Virus record (IMG/VR): IMGVR_UViG_3300033069_001378
Location: 160,001 to 224,000 of that record
Source of the DNA: a virus
Taxonomy: Duplodnaviria; Caudoviricetes
DNA: 64,000 nt
Reading direction: 5' to 3' (one strand)
Position numbers and translations under genes: made by a program. The notes under the pieces were generated by a model, which made no database searches, was not told the DNA's origin, and saw nothing but the letters and a program-made list of their open reading frames with translations. The stretch's first letter is position 1; each line of letters starts with the position of its first letter. Shown here in pieces: positions 1-10,409 of this stretch.

Positions 1-1520
1 GTGCCTGTAACTTCATTTGGACAACTGACAATGGTACCAAATCCAATCAAGTCTCTTGTTGTGTTAACGTATGTTTGTTCTATTGGCTCGCCACCGCCAT
101 AATACCACGATTCCCATTGGTCTGCATCGGAGAAGTACGTTGGAATAGAAACTTCTTTGCTCCACTGTCCCACAAGTGAAGAGGTTCCCATTTGTTGCTC
201 TTGAGTTGTTATTGGGTTTTCTCTTTGAATATTGTAGCCAAATCTCGAGGTTTTTCTCTGAAGATTGAATGCGTATGTGTTTGGATCTGTGTATCTGAAG
301 CTTTGATTCTTCTTTTGATTCATGATGAACACAGTGTTCATTGCAACAGGAAAAATCAAACCCTCTTTTTGGTAGAAGTAGTTTGGCGTTGGTGAGCCTT
401 CAAAATCTCCAGGAATAATCAAATTTGGCATAGAAAAATCAACGCCAGATATTTGAATGACAATCTTCTCAACAAGAAACGGTTTGTTTATGAAGTCTTT
501 GAGTTTGATTGTTTGATCTGTGTTTGCCTGATATTGAGGACCATAAGGAAAAGCATAATTGCTCATTGGTTGAGCCATTTCTTGCATGTACTCAACATTG
601 TTGTATAGTAGACTGTTGGAGCAATAGGAAAGAAGAAGCTCATAACTTCTTGTTGTTGCCATCAACGATTGTGTGAAGTATGAGTTGATGAAAACGGAAC
701 CTGATGTTCCACCCTTAGACGTTGCCAACCCAAGTGGTGAGTAATTTACTGCAAATCCAGGACTAAACCCATATGTGCCACTGGCATACATGATTGAAGG
801 AGCAGCACCATACGCATCAATGATTGGCATAATCTGTCCACCAATCGGATCCCATTGATTACTGCCAAGATATACCATTGGTCTGTTTGCACCATGAACA
901 AGAACAGGGTAGTCTACATTCGTGTAATCATACACCTTATCGTAGCTGAATGATGACGAAGCTATGTTTTGCTTTACATCATCCTGATAGAATTGTTGTC
1001 TTATGGTATTTCCTGGGATAAATCCTCTGTTGATCTCGATAATATTCTTGGACCAGAGAGGTTGATCAAATCCACCTTCTCCAACCTTTGACTCAAGAGT
1101 GCCTGTGGCATAGAACGGATCATTTGTTGACTTACCGTCAGCAGCATGGCGATCAAAATCTCTAAATGGTTGTAGATTTTGCTGTGGCATTGTACCCATT
1201 GTCTTTTCAAGATAAGGGGTTATGTATTGGTCAGTTATGCTTGAGTTAACGCTTCCTGTTTCAATAAGGCTTGTGGTGTTCTCTGTGGTTATGTACTGAG
1301 TGTCAGAAACACGAAGACCCGTTCCAAGATATACGTCTACAGATGCAGTTGAGAAGATGAGTGGGGTTGTATCATCGAAAAAGGTATTGTAACCACCCTT
1401 TCTGTTATCAGCGGCAAGTCTTTGAATAGTCGGGAAGCTTCCGGTCGCAGCATCTCTTGCTGTCAACTGAAGTCTTGCTGGAATTCCCTTTATTCTAGAT
1501 AGTTTTTCGTTACGTGCCAT
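1..1520 (-). CDS. Large putative virion structural protein, partial (runs off the left edge)
   Basis: ATG at 1520, 5 nt after the stop of 1526..2416. Translated by hand: MARNEKLSRIKGIPARLQLTARDAATGSFPTIQRLAADNRKGGYNTFFDDTTPLIFSTAS... It is open for >60 codons but absent from the ORF track, consistent with no stop inside the window. Lies in the baseplate operon. Confidence 0.75.
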   Translation of the reverse strand, partial: MARNEKLSRIKGIPARLQLTARDAATGSFPTIQRLAADNRKGGYNTFFDDTTPLIFSTASVDVYLGTGLRVSDTQYITTENTTSLIETGSVNSSITDQYITPYLEKTMGTMPQQNLQPFRDFDRHAADGKSTNDPFYATGTLESKVGEGGFDQPLWSKNIIEINRGFIPGNTIRQQFYQDDVKQNIASSSFSYDKVYDYTNVDYPVLVHGANRPMVYLGSNQWDPIGGQIMPIIDAYGAAPSIMYASGTYGFSPGFAVNYSPLGLATSKGGTSGSVFINSYFTQSLMATTRSYELLLSYCSNSLLYNNVEYMQEMAQPMSNYAFPYGPQYQANTDQTIKLKDFINKPFLVEKIVIQISGVDFSMPNLIIPGDFEGSPTPNYFYQKEGLIFPVAMNTVFIMNQKKNQSFRYTDPNTYAFNLQRKTSRFGYNIQRENPITTQEQQMGTSSLVGQWSKEVSIPTYFSDADQWESWYYGGGEPIEQTYVNTTRDLIGFGTIVSCPNEVTG

Positions 1521-1525
1521 TTGAT

Positions 1526-2416
1526 TCAAGATCCTCTGTAGGTATTTGTGTATGCAAGACTATCGGTACCGTATCTTCTCATGTTTGGACCATATACCGT
1601 AGAACCTGCACTTGTTGAACGATAACCATACTCTTGTCTCAAATCTTCATCGAGATTCCAGTCCATAGAAGTGCTGTTCAAAAGGTTAATCAAATCGGTA
1701 TCTGTTGTACTGAGTAGGCTTGTTAAAGGCTGGTTTGGTCCATTGGACCTTGTGTCGTCAAACGGTCTTACCTTGTCTTTGTCAGAAGACATATAACCTG
1801 GGACCACTATCTTGTCACTTAGTTGTGCTCCGTCTCCAAAGTATGTTCCACCTTGGTCAAGAAAGAAGAAGTCACACTGTTCTTGTTGTTGATAGAAGTA
1901 TGGTTCTCTTTGATCTGCTTGGGCTCCGTAATCTATGAAGCCTCTTGGCATGTGAGCCATGTTCTTGACGTCTTCGTTTGTGTTCTTTCTGAAAGCAATC
2001 GTCAAAGGTTCAATAGATAGTTCTTCTTTCTGCTGTGGACCGTCATTGAAGATAAGTGGATATGGGTATGAGTCTCTTTCGTTGATGAATTGAATTGGGT
2101 CAAACTTCTTTAACTTATCGTCAAATGAAGTTCTTCCTGAGTATTCGACATAACTGTCAAACTGACCATATGTGTTAACTCTTGTAAAGCCACAGGTATT
2201 GCCCGACCAAATCTTTGGAGTGGTTCCAAGAGTTGTCATCTTGTTGGTTGTAATTTCTACACCCTGACGAAATCTGTCAATTTGGCTGGTGTTGATTCCA
2301 TTCGTTGTTACAGAACTGTTTTGTTGAACTCTTCCAATCCTTGATTGCTCATAGGCATCATTGAATGGAGTAAATCCATGTAGCTCTGTATCTGAATTGC
2401 TGCAAAAGTTCGACAT
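1526..2416 (-). CDS. Hypothetical protein, probably virion/baseplate-associated
   Basis: 296-aa ORF tightly packed in the baseplate operon; no recognisable motif. Confidence 0.7.
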   Translation of the reverse strand: MSNFCSNSDTELHGFTPFNDAYEQSRIGRVQQNSSVTTNGINTSQIDRFRQGVEITTNKMTTLGTTPKIWSGNTCGFTRVNTYGQFDSYVEYSGRTSFDDKLKKFDPIQFINERDSYPYPLIFNDGPQQKEELSIEPLTIAFRKNTNEDVKNMAHMPRGFIDYGAQADQREPYFYQQQEQCDFFFLDQGGTYFGDGAQLSDKIVVPGYMSSDKDKVRPFDDTRSNGPNQPLTSLLSTTDTDLINLLNSTSMDWNLDEDLRQEYGYRSTSAGSTVYGPNMRRYGTDSLAYTNTYRGS

Positions 2417-2424
2417 AACAGTCC

Positions 2425-5400
2425 TCAGTAGCGGTTAACAATGCCTGTGATTAGTTGTAATAGAATTGTTGCCTTCAAGCCATTTCTATTTGTGTCTCCA
2501 AGGTAAATATCATCAGAATGGTATTGTACTTTTGGTCTAGACAATACGTTGTTTTCAACAATGAAGTTGGTTCCAGCGAATTTTGTCTTGTAAGGTAGCA
2601 ACTGGGAAACGAATGTTCCAATGTTTGTGTCAAACCACTTATAGAACTCAAAGAAGCCTTTGAGGTTAACCTTGTCAGTTAGTTTGTTGAAGTAGTTTTT
2701 CTTTATGACTTCAAGGTCCATGTATTGTGGAGCATAGAGAAGTTCTGGTGAACCAAGAGCGTTGTCAAACTCTTCCAACGAAGATAGAATGGTTATGATA
2801 TCCTGATTCAAGAAGTCCATGATTGAGAAGTCGATGGTGAACTTTGTGCTGTCAAATGGCTTCTCTGAGGGAGGGAGTTCATACATAGGAGCCGCTCCAG
2901 CCCAAGGCTCTGCATTCAAAAGATTGTCATACTCTTGGTATGAGCGAACTCTTACCTTTTCAACGGTGCTACCTTCGTCGAATCTTGGAGATAGGTACGA
3001 ATAATAAACTTGATGTGGAGAGAATACAATAGAGCTTGTTGCTGGAAACAAACTTCCTGTGAAGCTTATGTTGTTCTGTGAGAAGTCTGTTAGGAACAAA
3101 CCTCCATCAGCAGTAGTTGTCTCATTAACTTGGTCAACTTGAATTTCCATTCTAAGTCTATTCCATGAGCCTGTAGTAACGGTGTCAAAGTTCCAGTTTG
3201 TCTTTGGATCATTGACGCCAACAGAATGATAGTTTCTTACATGCTCTTGCCATTCGGTATTGTTTAGATTCTTTGACCAAAAACGAATTTGACTTAACTT
3301 TCCATCAAAGTCTGTGACTCTCAAGGAGTCAGGAACAACAACGGAATCGTTTAGGAAGACGCTTAGAGCACTTGTTTGAATTGATTGAGAACCGACGGTA
3401 AGATATGGGGCACTAGAAGTGACTGGAGCGAAATTCGCAACGTCAAATTGGTCTAGATTATAGAACTGCTCTATTTCATACCATGAAGAGGTGGAATATG
3501 ATTCATAGATTTCTCCATTGACATTCTTCGCTGCACGAAGGAAGAAAGAAGATGACGCAACAGAATTCAACTGGGCATATTCATCGTCATGCCTTACCTT
3601 GCCAACAGAGATGTACCAAGGATCTCCATTGGTCATATCAATCGACGGGATTGACATTCTTAGTGGTTGTGAATTTCCGGTAAAATCTGATCTATAGGCA
3701 AACTCAAGCTTTCTATCTTCATAGTTGTAAATCAAGTTTCCAAAAAACAACTGATCAACACCACCGCCAAGGCTTGTTGATGCAAACATTCTCATGAGAC
3801 TTTGTGATAAGACTTGAGAATATGGATTAAGCCTGTAAAGACCTTCATATGTCCATGAGCCAGAAGTCATCAATGAGTCGTTGGACGTGCCATCAGAGTA
3901 TGGCCAGCCTGGCTCAACCTTTGAGCAGCTTAGAGGCTTGCTCTCAATGAACCCACCGGAGATAAAGTCAACCATTGTCAAAACGTCAGAACGCTTGTCT
4001 CTTACCCATGTAAGGTTTCTGCTTGTTGGTCCACCATATTCTCTTATTCTGAAGTTGTTGTCTGGATCGATACCAACGGAGCGAAGATATGCCTTCACAG
4101 AATGGATGGTACCCTTGGAACGAAGAACGTCTTGCATGTTGATCAAAATTCTTCTCCAGATTTGGCTTTGAACGTTCTTCAAAGTCTCTGATGAAGTGCT
4201 GATGTTGCCTTCAATGTTTTCACCATCAAAATACTGTTCAAGAGAAGCATCTTGGAACAAGTAAGGAAGCTCAATGCCGGATTGTCTTGCGATATTCTGC
4301 AAGAATTCGTTTGGCGTGTTGTTCTTTGGATCGTAATCGACCCAATTCAAGTTTGAGAACTCTTGAATGTAGAGTTTTAGTTCATCGAAGTATTTTGCCC
4401 ATGTATACATGAGTAGAAGCATGGCTTGGGTTGCTCCAAGCTTTGCACTTCTTGGATCTGTGCCTGATTGAAGCATATCCACAATGCTCCCACCCTCTGT
4501 ATTCAGAATGTCGTCTTCAACGTTCTGAATGAGGTAATGTTTTGGAATTAATCTGGTGATTAGATTTGGATTTTGTTCGTCGAACTCAGCAGACTGGCTT
4601 ACAAGCGTTGTTCTTAGAGTTGTGGTATCATCATAGTCAGGAAATAGAACAGGATTGAGGAAAGACCTCTCGTAAGTCATTGGAGAAGTTCCGGCTATGG
4701 AAGCTGTTGAAATGTTTCTAACACCAAGGAGATATCCTGTAGATGATAGTCTTCCGTGAACAGAGTTGCTTGAGTAATCAACAACAACGTCTGAGTTGAT
4801 GTTTGCTGGTTCGTTGAAACGGTAGTAAAGCTTTAGATGGCTATCGGCAAATACATTCTTTGCTGCATATTGCTGGAGATCAGACGCACTTCTTGGCTCA
4901 TTCCAGATTCTAAGTTCGTCAATGGCTCCAGAGAAGGTTGTGTTTGGAGTGAAGAGAGTTCCAAGGTTTGAACCAGAGCCAATAAGCAAATCGGTTGTGT
5001 CACAAGAGAGATATCCAAATTCCTTTGTTGAAAGGGTTTGGTTTACAAGCTGTTCGTTGAGATATCCGTAAATCTTGCCAACGCCAGGAGTTCTATCCCA
5101 TACGAAAGCAACGTGATTCCATTGACCTTTCAAAATAGGCATTGTAAGGCTATCCACAAGGGTTCCAGACACTAGATAGAAGCCAAGATTGGCTCCAGAG
5201 CTTCCACCGTCAGATTCCAAACTAACGTAGTAACCAACATCGTTCAAATGCTTATCTATAACCGCTGTAGAGTCGTTTGCTTGAGCAGGGACATAGACTT
5301 GCATCTCAATGGTTAGAGAGTCGTCACCGGGATTTAGAATCGATTGACCGCTCTTATTGGAAGACATTCCAGGATACGCAGAACCAGCAATGTCCTTAAC

Positions 5401-5823
5401 GGAAACATAGGTTCCACCATAACCCTCAGAAGCCTGAGTTCCTGAGAAGAAGAGATAGCCTTTGTTCTTTGGGAAATTATCATAAACATACTTTTCAAAA
5501 CCTGTAAGTTGGTCAAGGAATATGTTTGTGTCCTTTTGAGATCCGTTAAATGGGAAATCATTAAGGATTCTATCAAAGGCTACGTTTGTTTTTACCTGGG
5601 CAGAGTTGAAGAATGTGTGTTGAGAGAAGTCAGACCAGTCAATGTTCAACTGTTGAGTTGACAACAACCCAGATCCCTCTGGGTTTGTTCTGAAAGAGCT
5701 TGTGCTGTCAAAGTCATAGCTCTTCAATGCATCTGCATCGACCTTTTTGACATAGTTTGGCGCAAACAAACGCAATGAGTTTGCTTGGGACGTGCTATAA
5801 CCATTTTTTCCGAATATTGTCAT
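2425..5823 (-). CDS. Baseplate/tail structural protein with LamG (ConA-like) domains
   Basis: LamG signatures GQWNHVAFVWD, FSGAIDELRIWN, LKLYYRFNE, and a second copy FDGKLSQIRFWS. LRSKGTIHSVKAYLRSVG resembles the KGT motif of baseplate wedge gp7/tail-I-like proteins. Start moved from TTG 5832 to ATG 5823. Confidence 0.75.
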   Translation of the reverse strand: MTIFGKNGYSTSQANSLRLFAPNYVKKVDADALKSYDFDSTSSFRTNPEGSGLLSTQQLNIDWSDFSQHTFFNSAQVKTNVAFDRILNDFPFNGSQKDTNIFLDQLTGFEKYVYDNFPKNKGYLFFSGTQASEGYGGTYVSVKDIAGSAYPGMSSNKSGQSILNPGDDSLTIEMQVYVPAQANDSTAVIDKHLNDVGYYVSLESDGGSSGANLGFYLVSGTLVDSLTMPILKGQWNHVAFVWDRTPGVGKIYGYLNEQLVNQTLSTKEFGYLSCDTTDLLIGSGSNLGTLFTPNTTFSGAIDELRIWNEPRSASDLQQYAAKNVFADSHLKLYYRFNEPANINSDVVVDYSSNSVHGRLSSTGYLLGVRNISTASIAGTSPMTYERSFLNPVLFPDYDDTTTLRTTLVSQSAEFDEQNPNLITRLIPKHYLIQNVEDDILNTEGGSIVDMLQSGTDPRSAKLGATQAMLLLMYTWAKYFDELKLYIQEFSNLNWVDYDPKNNTPNEFLQNIARQSGIELPYLFQDASLEQYFDGENIEGNISTSSETLKNVQSQIWRRILINMQDVLRSKGTIHSVKAYLRSVGIDPDNNFRIREYGGPTSRNLTWVRDKRSDVLTMVDFISGGFIESKPLSCSKVEPGWPYSDGTSNDSLMTSGSWTYEGLYRLNPYSQVLSQSLMRMFASTSLGGGVDQLFFGNLIYNYEDRKLEFAYRSDFTGNSQPLRMSIPSIDMTNGDPWYISVGKVRHDDEYAQLNSVASSSFFLRAAKNVNGEIYESYSTSSWYEIEQFYNLDQFDVANFAPVTSSAPYLTVGSQSIQTSALSVFLNDSVVVPDSLRVTDFDGKLSQIRFWSKNLNNTEWQEHVRNYHSVGVNDPKTNWNFDTVTTGSWNRLRMEIQVDQVNETTTADGGLFLTDFSQNNISFTGSLFPATSSIVFSPHQVYYSYLSPRFDEGSTVEKVRVRSYQEYDNLLNAEPWAGAAPMYELPPSEKPFDSTKFTIDFSIMDFLNQDIITILSSLEEFDNALGSPELLYAPQYMDLEVIKKNYFNKLTDKVNLKGFFEFYKWFDTNIGTFVSQLLPYKTKFAGTNFIVENNVLSRPKVQYHSDDIYLGDTNRNGLKATILLQLITGIVNRY

Positions 5824-5824
5824 G

Positions 5825-7471
5825 CTACTCAACTACTTTGAATCTAAAACCAGGGTTCTCAATATAGGTATCTTTGCCAGTGGAATCTGAGCGTATTAGA
5901 AAGTCTATTTGATAAACAATGTTGACTTCTAAGTCCCCTGGCCAAATATCAAAGAACATTCCTTCGTGATCAAAAGATAGTCTTGTAGCGTCTTCGTGAT
6001 ATGGGATAACCTCGATGTTCTCGTAAGCTTTTCGAAGTCTCCAGTACATGTTTGGAATGATTACAGACTGTGATTGTGTATATGTCTTGTAAGCTTTCAT
6101 ATCTGCGTCATAATTCTGAACAAAGACTCTTAGCCTCACCTGATCGCCAGATTGATACTCTTGTCTTAGGTTCGTTATGTTGGCAACAATATTTCTGTCT
6201 GTAACGTTTGAGAAGGTTCCAAATCTGTATTCAAAAGTCTCGTAAAGAGCAGCATAAGTGATTGAACTATCGAGACTCTTCCATGAAACCTTGAACTCAT
6301 GACTTGATGCCCCAGACAAGAAAGCCTTGAGACTTGAAGTCATATCTGGGTCAATTACGAATGTTGACTTATAGATACCAGTCTGACTATTTTCACCAAT
6401 CACATGCTGCGATCCAATGAATGATGCTGTGAACACATCAAGTGATCTTGTTTTATGTGTGATTGAAGCACTGTGAGAGATACTCCAGCTTTGGGTGAAG
6501 TATTCAACGCTATGAGAAGCAGCAAGTTCCAAAGTCAAACAGTTTGCTCCAGAGACTACAGACGAACCAGAGGTAAAGTTAGCATAGTTTCCATAATCGT
6601 TCTTGTTGTAAATGTAGAATGTCTGTGGAGCAGAACTGAAATTGGACAAAGCTGTTTGATCTTCGATTCTTTCGCCAGAATATCTGATATGAAGCTTTGG
6701 CTTTAGGTCATCGTTGTAAGCGTGACGAGTTCCAAAACGCTTAACGAAGTACGTTGTGTCTGAGTTTTCTTCTTGAGCTGTGTATGAGACTCTAAATCCG
6801 TTGTTAGGCAAAATACCAGCTACGGAAGCAGAAACAAGTTGGGTAATGTCTACCCAAAGGTCTTCATCTCCTCTTCTGAAGAACTGAGAGGTTTTGAGGG
6901 ATTGATTTCCAGAGCCAATATTTCCAGAAACCCAAACGTCTACATCTGTACCATCCGTTAAAGAACCAGAAGCATTTGCTCCTTCAAGTGACCAAGTTAC
7001 ATAGGTAGAGTTGACGACAGAGGCAGTTAGGAAATTGCAAACGTCGAGTTGTCTGTATGAAATAACATCAGAGCCTCTTCCTTCATTCCAGTCTTTTGCC
7101 AATGGAATGATTTCAACTGTGTAGTTTGAAGGAACGGTCTGACCACCGTAAATATCTTTCATCGACATGTAAGCTTTGAAAGAAGAATCATTCATGTCGA
7201 GGACGCTTGAAGTTAAAGAAGTAAGTTGCGAATAATCAAATTTGATGAGCAATCTAGAGACTTCTCTTACAGGATCATAGGTTCCTGTATTGTAAATCAT
7301 AACTCCACTTACAATTGAGCCAGTATTTGAAGTTGGAACGTAAGTTTCAGCATATAGACTGTAAAGATCAAGGGTTCCCGCTTGTCCTGTATTTGCGTCA
7401 GTGCAACGGACTCCTTTGATGTACTTGTTTTGAATGTAAGCGTCTTGAGACGCAGATAGTAGACGATACAT
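5825..7471 (-). CDS. Putative structural protein with DNRLRE/CBM96-like N-terminal domain
   Basis: ASQDAYIQ...SRLLIKFD...DWNEG...W pattern of DNRLRE-like beta-sandwich domains; directly downstream of the baseplate wedge gene. Confidence 0.55.
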   Translation of the reverse strand: MYRLLSASQDAYIQNKYIKGVRCTDANTGQAGTLDLYSLYAETYVPTSNTGSIVSGVMIYNTGTYDPVREVSRLLIKFDYSQLTSLTSSVLDMNDSSFKAYMSMKDIYGGQTVPSNYTVEIIPLAKDWNEGRGSDVISYRQLDVCNFLTASVVNSTYVTWSLEGANASGSLTDGTDVDVWVSGNIGSGNQSLKTSQFFRRGDEDLWVDITQLVSASVAGILPNNGFRVSYTAQEENSDTTYFVKRFGTRHAYNDDLKPKLHIRYSGERIEDQTALSNFSSAPQTFYIYNKNDYGNYANFTSGSSVVSGANCLTLELAASHSVEYFTQSWSISHSASITHKTRSLDVFTASFIGSQHVIGENSQTGIYKSTFVIDPDMTSSLKAFLSGASSHEFKVSWKSLDSSITYAALYETFEYRFGTFSNVTDRNIVANITNLRQEYQSGDQVRLRVFVQNYDADMKAYKTYTQSQSVIIPNMYWRLRKAYENIEVIPYHEDATRLSFDHEGMFFDIWPGDLEVNIVYQIDFLIRSDSTGKDTYIENPGFRFKVVE

Positions 7472-7505
7472 GCTTATTTGATCTTTCTTCTTTTTCTGTT
7501 ACTCT

Positions 7506-9371
7506 TCAAACTATCATTCCAACAATGTCAAAGTCGAGGTATCTTATTTCGAAGATTCCTCCTATTGGCGGAAATACTATTCCTTTGTTTGTGTTTCCAT
7601 TCACATCAAACTGAACGTCCGAATACAATCTTGTATCTCCTGGTCCAGAAGCGGTAGCGTTAGAAGCTCCTGTGAGATTTGTAATGTTGATATCTGGAAC
7701 GGAGATTACACCTTGACTGTTGTAGATCAGGTTATTGATATCGGAACGAATAAGAGGTTGGTCGATTTGAAAGGCTCTTGTTGCAAAGAAGTTTTTGATA
7801 GATGATATAACGGTTCCAAGAACTGCGTTCTTGTTCATGTTTGGATCTGCCACAATTGAGAAGGTGATCTTCAAATTGATGACCTTTGCATCCAAGATAT
7901 CAATCGCATCAGAAATCAATCTGTATTCATTGAGGTATCTTGCAAGATTCTTCTTCAAGGTATCTGGAGATACGATGAGTTTGTTGCTTGGATCTCTAGA
8001 AATCACATAAAGCTGTGAAGCAAGAGGGTTATTTGGATTTGAATGGATAGCTGCTCTATAGACTCTTCCAAAATCTGATGGCATTGTGTAAATTCTTGAA
8101 ATCAAATCTGGTTTGCTTACAATTCTTCCTTGAGCATTTGAGTATTGTGGAATCTGTGCCCTTAGTTGGTCTATGGTAGGAGCATCCTCTCCTCCAGAAG
8201 CGTTTTTGTTATTGATTGTGCTGATACTGTTACGAACGAACTGTGCTGTTGAAACCGTTGGCTCGCCTGGGAATGCGATTTGAATGTTGGTAACGTTCTT
8301 GATAGAGTTGGCTGCGACGTTGTGACTCAGACCACCACCATAACGATATTGAATGGTTAGAGTTGAGTTTGGAACAACTGTACCAAGGGTTGTGGTTTGA
8401 AGCATGTTATTTGGATTGATTGTGAATCTTGAAACAACTCTCTTGCCGTAGAGTGGAACGGAAAACTGCGATGGATCTGGAAGAATGTCGTCGTTGAGAG
8501 TCTCAGATGATCCTCCACCGAAAGTCAAAGTGGTTAGCTTCGTGTTTACGTCCATTCTTTTCACAAATCTGTAGGGAGCAGGAGTTGGAATGAAGTTTTC
8601 CTTTACGATCTCCTTGTCATAGCTAAGATTTGGAAGTGCCTTGTATACAGTATCTTGAGTTAGGAATTCAACCTCGAAATATTCGTTTCCAAGATTGTCT
8701 GTAGCACGAATGATGCTTGAAACGTTTGGTTGTCCAAGTGTGAACTGCGTAAATGCCTTAAAAGCTCCAAAGCTAAGAGTTTCCGAAGCGAGAAGACCAG
8801 AGATGCAGTCTCCGTTCAAGGAAACGTAGTATGAGGTTGGATTGCTCTGAGCATCTCTTCTGCCAACTTCGTAACTTGCTTTGAACTTGCCTGTAGAGTC
8901 TGTTGCGGAAAAGTCCAGATCATCAACAAGCTGAAATTGGACACCATTGGTTGAAGTTACTGTTGTTCCTGCAAATAGCTTTGGCATTGCTGTTGCATCA
9001 GGCTTTGTTCTGTCAGCAGGATCAACGGGTATTTCAAAAGTGAAGGTTTGGCTAACAACTGCTGGAGAAGAGCCTACGATTGGTACGCTAGAACGTTCAA
9101 GGTGTCTCTGAATGTTTCTTGGTTCAACTGCCAAGAGAGGATCGAGTTCAAAGAACTGATGGTCTAGATAAAACGACGTTACGTCACCAATGTATGCAGG
9201 CATATCCATTAGAAGACCACTGAATGATGCATCAGAGTCATCTACAGGAGTATCTGGAAAGAAAGTACGCTTATACGTTAACAGATCAGCTCTAAAGCTA
9301 TCAAAATCCTTGTTTAGATAGCTTCTTTCTTTTACTCTCTTGAGAACTTCTCTTTTAGATTCGTTTGACAT
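7506..9371 (-). CDS. Baseplate wedge subunit (T4 gp6 / baseplate J-like)
   Basis: YLNKDFDSFRADL, AYIGDVTSFYLD, YRYGGG, ASGGEDAPTIDQLR...AQGRIVSKPD are typical gp6/J motifs; follows a gp25-like gene. Confidence 0.88.
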   Translation of the reverse strand: MSNESKREVLKRVKERSYLNKDFDSFRADLLTYKRTFFPDTPVDDSDASFSGLLMDMPAYIGDVTSFYLDHQFFELDPLLAVEPRNIQRHLERSSVPIVGSSPAVVSQTFTFEIPVDPADRTKPDATAMPKLFAGTTVTSTNGVQFQLVDDLDFSATDSTGKFKASYEVGRRDAQSNPTSYYVSLNGDCISGLLASETLSFGAFKAFTQFTLGQPNVSSIIRATDNLGNEYFEVEFLTQDTVYKALPNLSYDKEIVKENFIPTPAPYRFVKRMDVNTKLTTLTFGGGSSETLNDDILPDPSQFSVPLYGKRVVSRFTINPNNMLQTTTLGTVVPNSTLTIQYRYGGGLSHNVAANSIKNVTNIQIAFPGEPTVSTAQFVRNSISTINNKNASGGEDAPTIDQLRAQIPQYSNAQGRIVSKPDLISRIYTMPSDFGRVYRAAIHSNPNNPLASQLYVISRDPSNKLIVSPDTLKKNLARYLNEYRLISDAIDILDAKVINLKITFSIVADPNMNKNAVLGTVISSIKNFFATRAFQIDQPLIRSDINNLIYNSQGVISVPDINITNLTGASNATASGPGDTRLYSDVQFDVNGNTNKGIVFPPIGGIFEIRYLDFDIVGMIV

Positions 9372-9375
9372 ATTT

Positions 9376-9849
9376 TCACATCACTCGTATTTCTACTTGT
9401 ACCATATCTTCTGTAATGTTCGCTGCTGGAACTGAATAAACGATAAATAGGTCTATGATGCCAATGTATCTGTTTTGTTCATAATTTGGCTTTGATTCAT
9501 ATGCGGTTAGTTCTACATACGGCATCCACTTTTTTACTGCTGTTTTTATTCTTGCCATTGCCTCGGAATCAAAGTCATCTTTGTTTGAAAACTCCGAAGC
9601 AAGCGGAAGAATGTTGGCACCGAAATCAACGATGCCAAGTCTTTCGCCGTAGTTGGTCGCAATCAGATTCCTAAGATTATCAGCAATCTGACTCTTGAGA
9701 GATTCGTTGGTTGTGAAGAGGTTTGAATCATAGGACAGCTCCAAAGGAGTCTTTATTCCAAAAGGAACCTGTGAAACGGTTTTGACCGCATCATAAGAGT
9801 CTCTTACCGTCTCAAGAATACCAACGTCTACGAATTTTAGTTTAGCCAT
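9376..9849 (-). CDS. Baseplate wedge protein, GPW/gp25 family
   Basis: QIADNLRNLIATNYGERLGIVDFG...IKTAVKKWMPYV matches the gp25 pattern. Start moved to ATG 9849. Confidence 0.88.
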   Translation of the reverse strand: MAKLKFVDVGILETVRDSYDAVKTVSQVPFGIKTPLELSYDSNLFTTNESLKSQIADNLRNLIATNYGERLGIVDFGANILPLASEFSNKDDFDSEAMARIKTAVKKWMPYVELTAYESKPNYEQNRYIGIIDLFIVYSVPAANITEDMVQVEIRVM

Positions 9850-9862
9850 AATGTTCAATACC

Positions 9863-9868
9863 TAAATA
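9863..9868 (-). promoter_or_regulatory. TATTTA candidate late-promoter motif
   Basis: Exact TATTTA on the coding strand in the short gap upstream of the gp25-like gene; recurs before other structural genes. Confidence 0.45.
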
Positions 9869-9874
9869 CTTGTC

Positions 9875-10405
9875 TCAAGGAGTTCTGATGCCTGCTGCCG
9901 CAGTTGTAACTTGAGTCTGTTGAGTAATAACTGCTGCCTGATGCTGTTGAAATCTTTGAGTTGCTAGTTGATGGGCAGCTTGTCTCGCAGGTTCAATCTT
10001 GGCTGAAACTTCTGCAAATTTCTTTGTTATGTCAACCACACCAGATGCAAGCTGATTGGCTTTTGATTTAAGTTGTGCCAATCCTCCTACAATTCCAGAT
10101 AAAAAGAATGGAAGTTCGGCACTCAGTAAGTCTTGTGCCTTTGGCAAGAACTGGTCTATTCCACCAACTCCTGCAACTTGCGGAGTCTGTATTTGTGGTA
10201 CAGATGGAGTTGTAGGTGCTGTGAAGCCTAACTGTCCAGGTAAAGCCGTTGTTGCATTCTGAGTCAGTTGCTTTATTTGATTCTGCAACTGAGTTGCATG
10301 AGTATCAATGCTGTTCTGAACGGTTGTCAGTTGAGCTTGAGAGTTTATCGTGCTTGGAACAAGAGAAGACAAGGCACTGTTTGGATCTGGTAGTTGGAAA
10401 GTCAT
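9875..10405 (-). CDS. Hypothetical Gln/Thr-rich helical protein in baseplate operon
   Basis: 176-aa ORF between the spike-like and gp25-like genes. Confidence 0.7.
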   Translation of the reverse strand: MTFQLPDPNSALSSLVPSTINSQAQLTTVQNSIDTHATQLQNQIKQLTQNATTALPGQLGFTAPTTPSVPQIQTPQVAGVGGIDQFLPKAQDLLSAELPFFLSGIVGGLAQLKSKANQLASGVVDITKKFAEVSAKIEPARQAAHQLATQRFQQHQAAVITQQTQVTTAAAGIRTP

Positions 10406-10409
10406 ATGA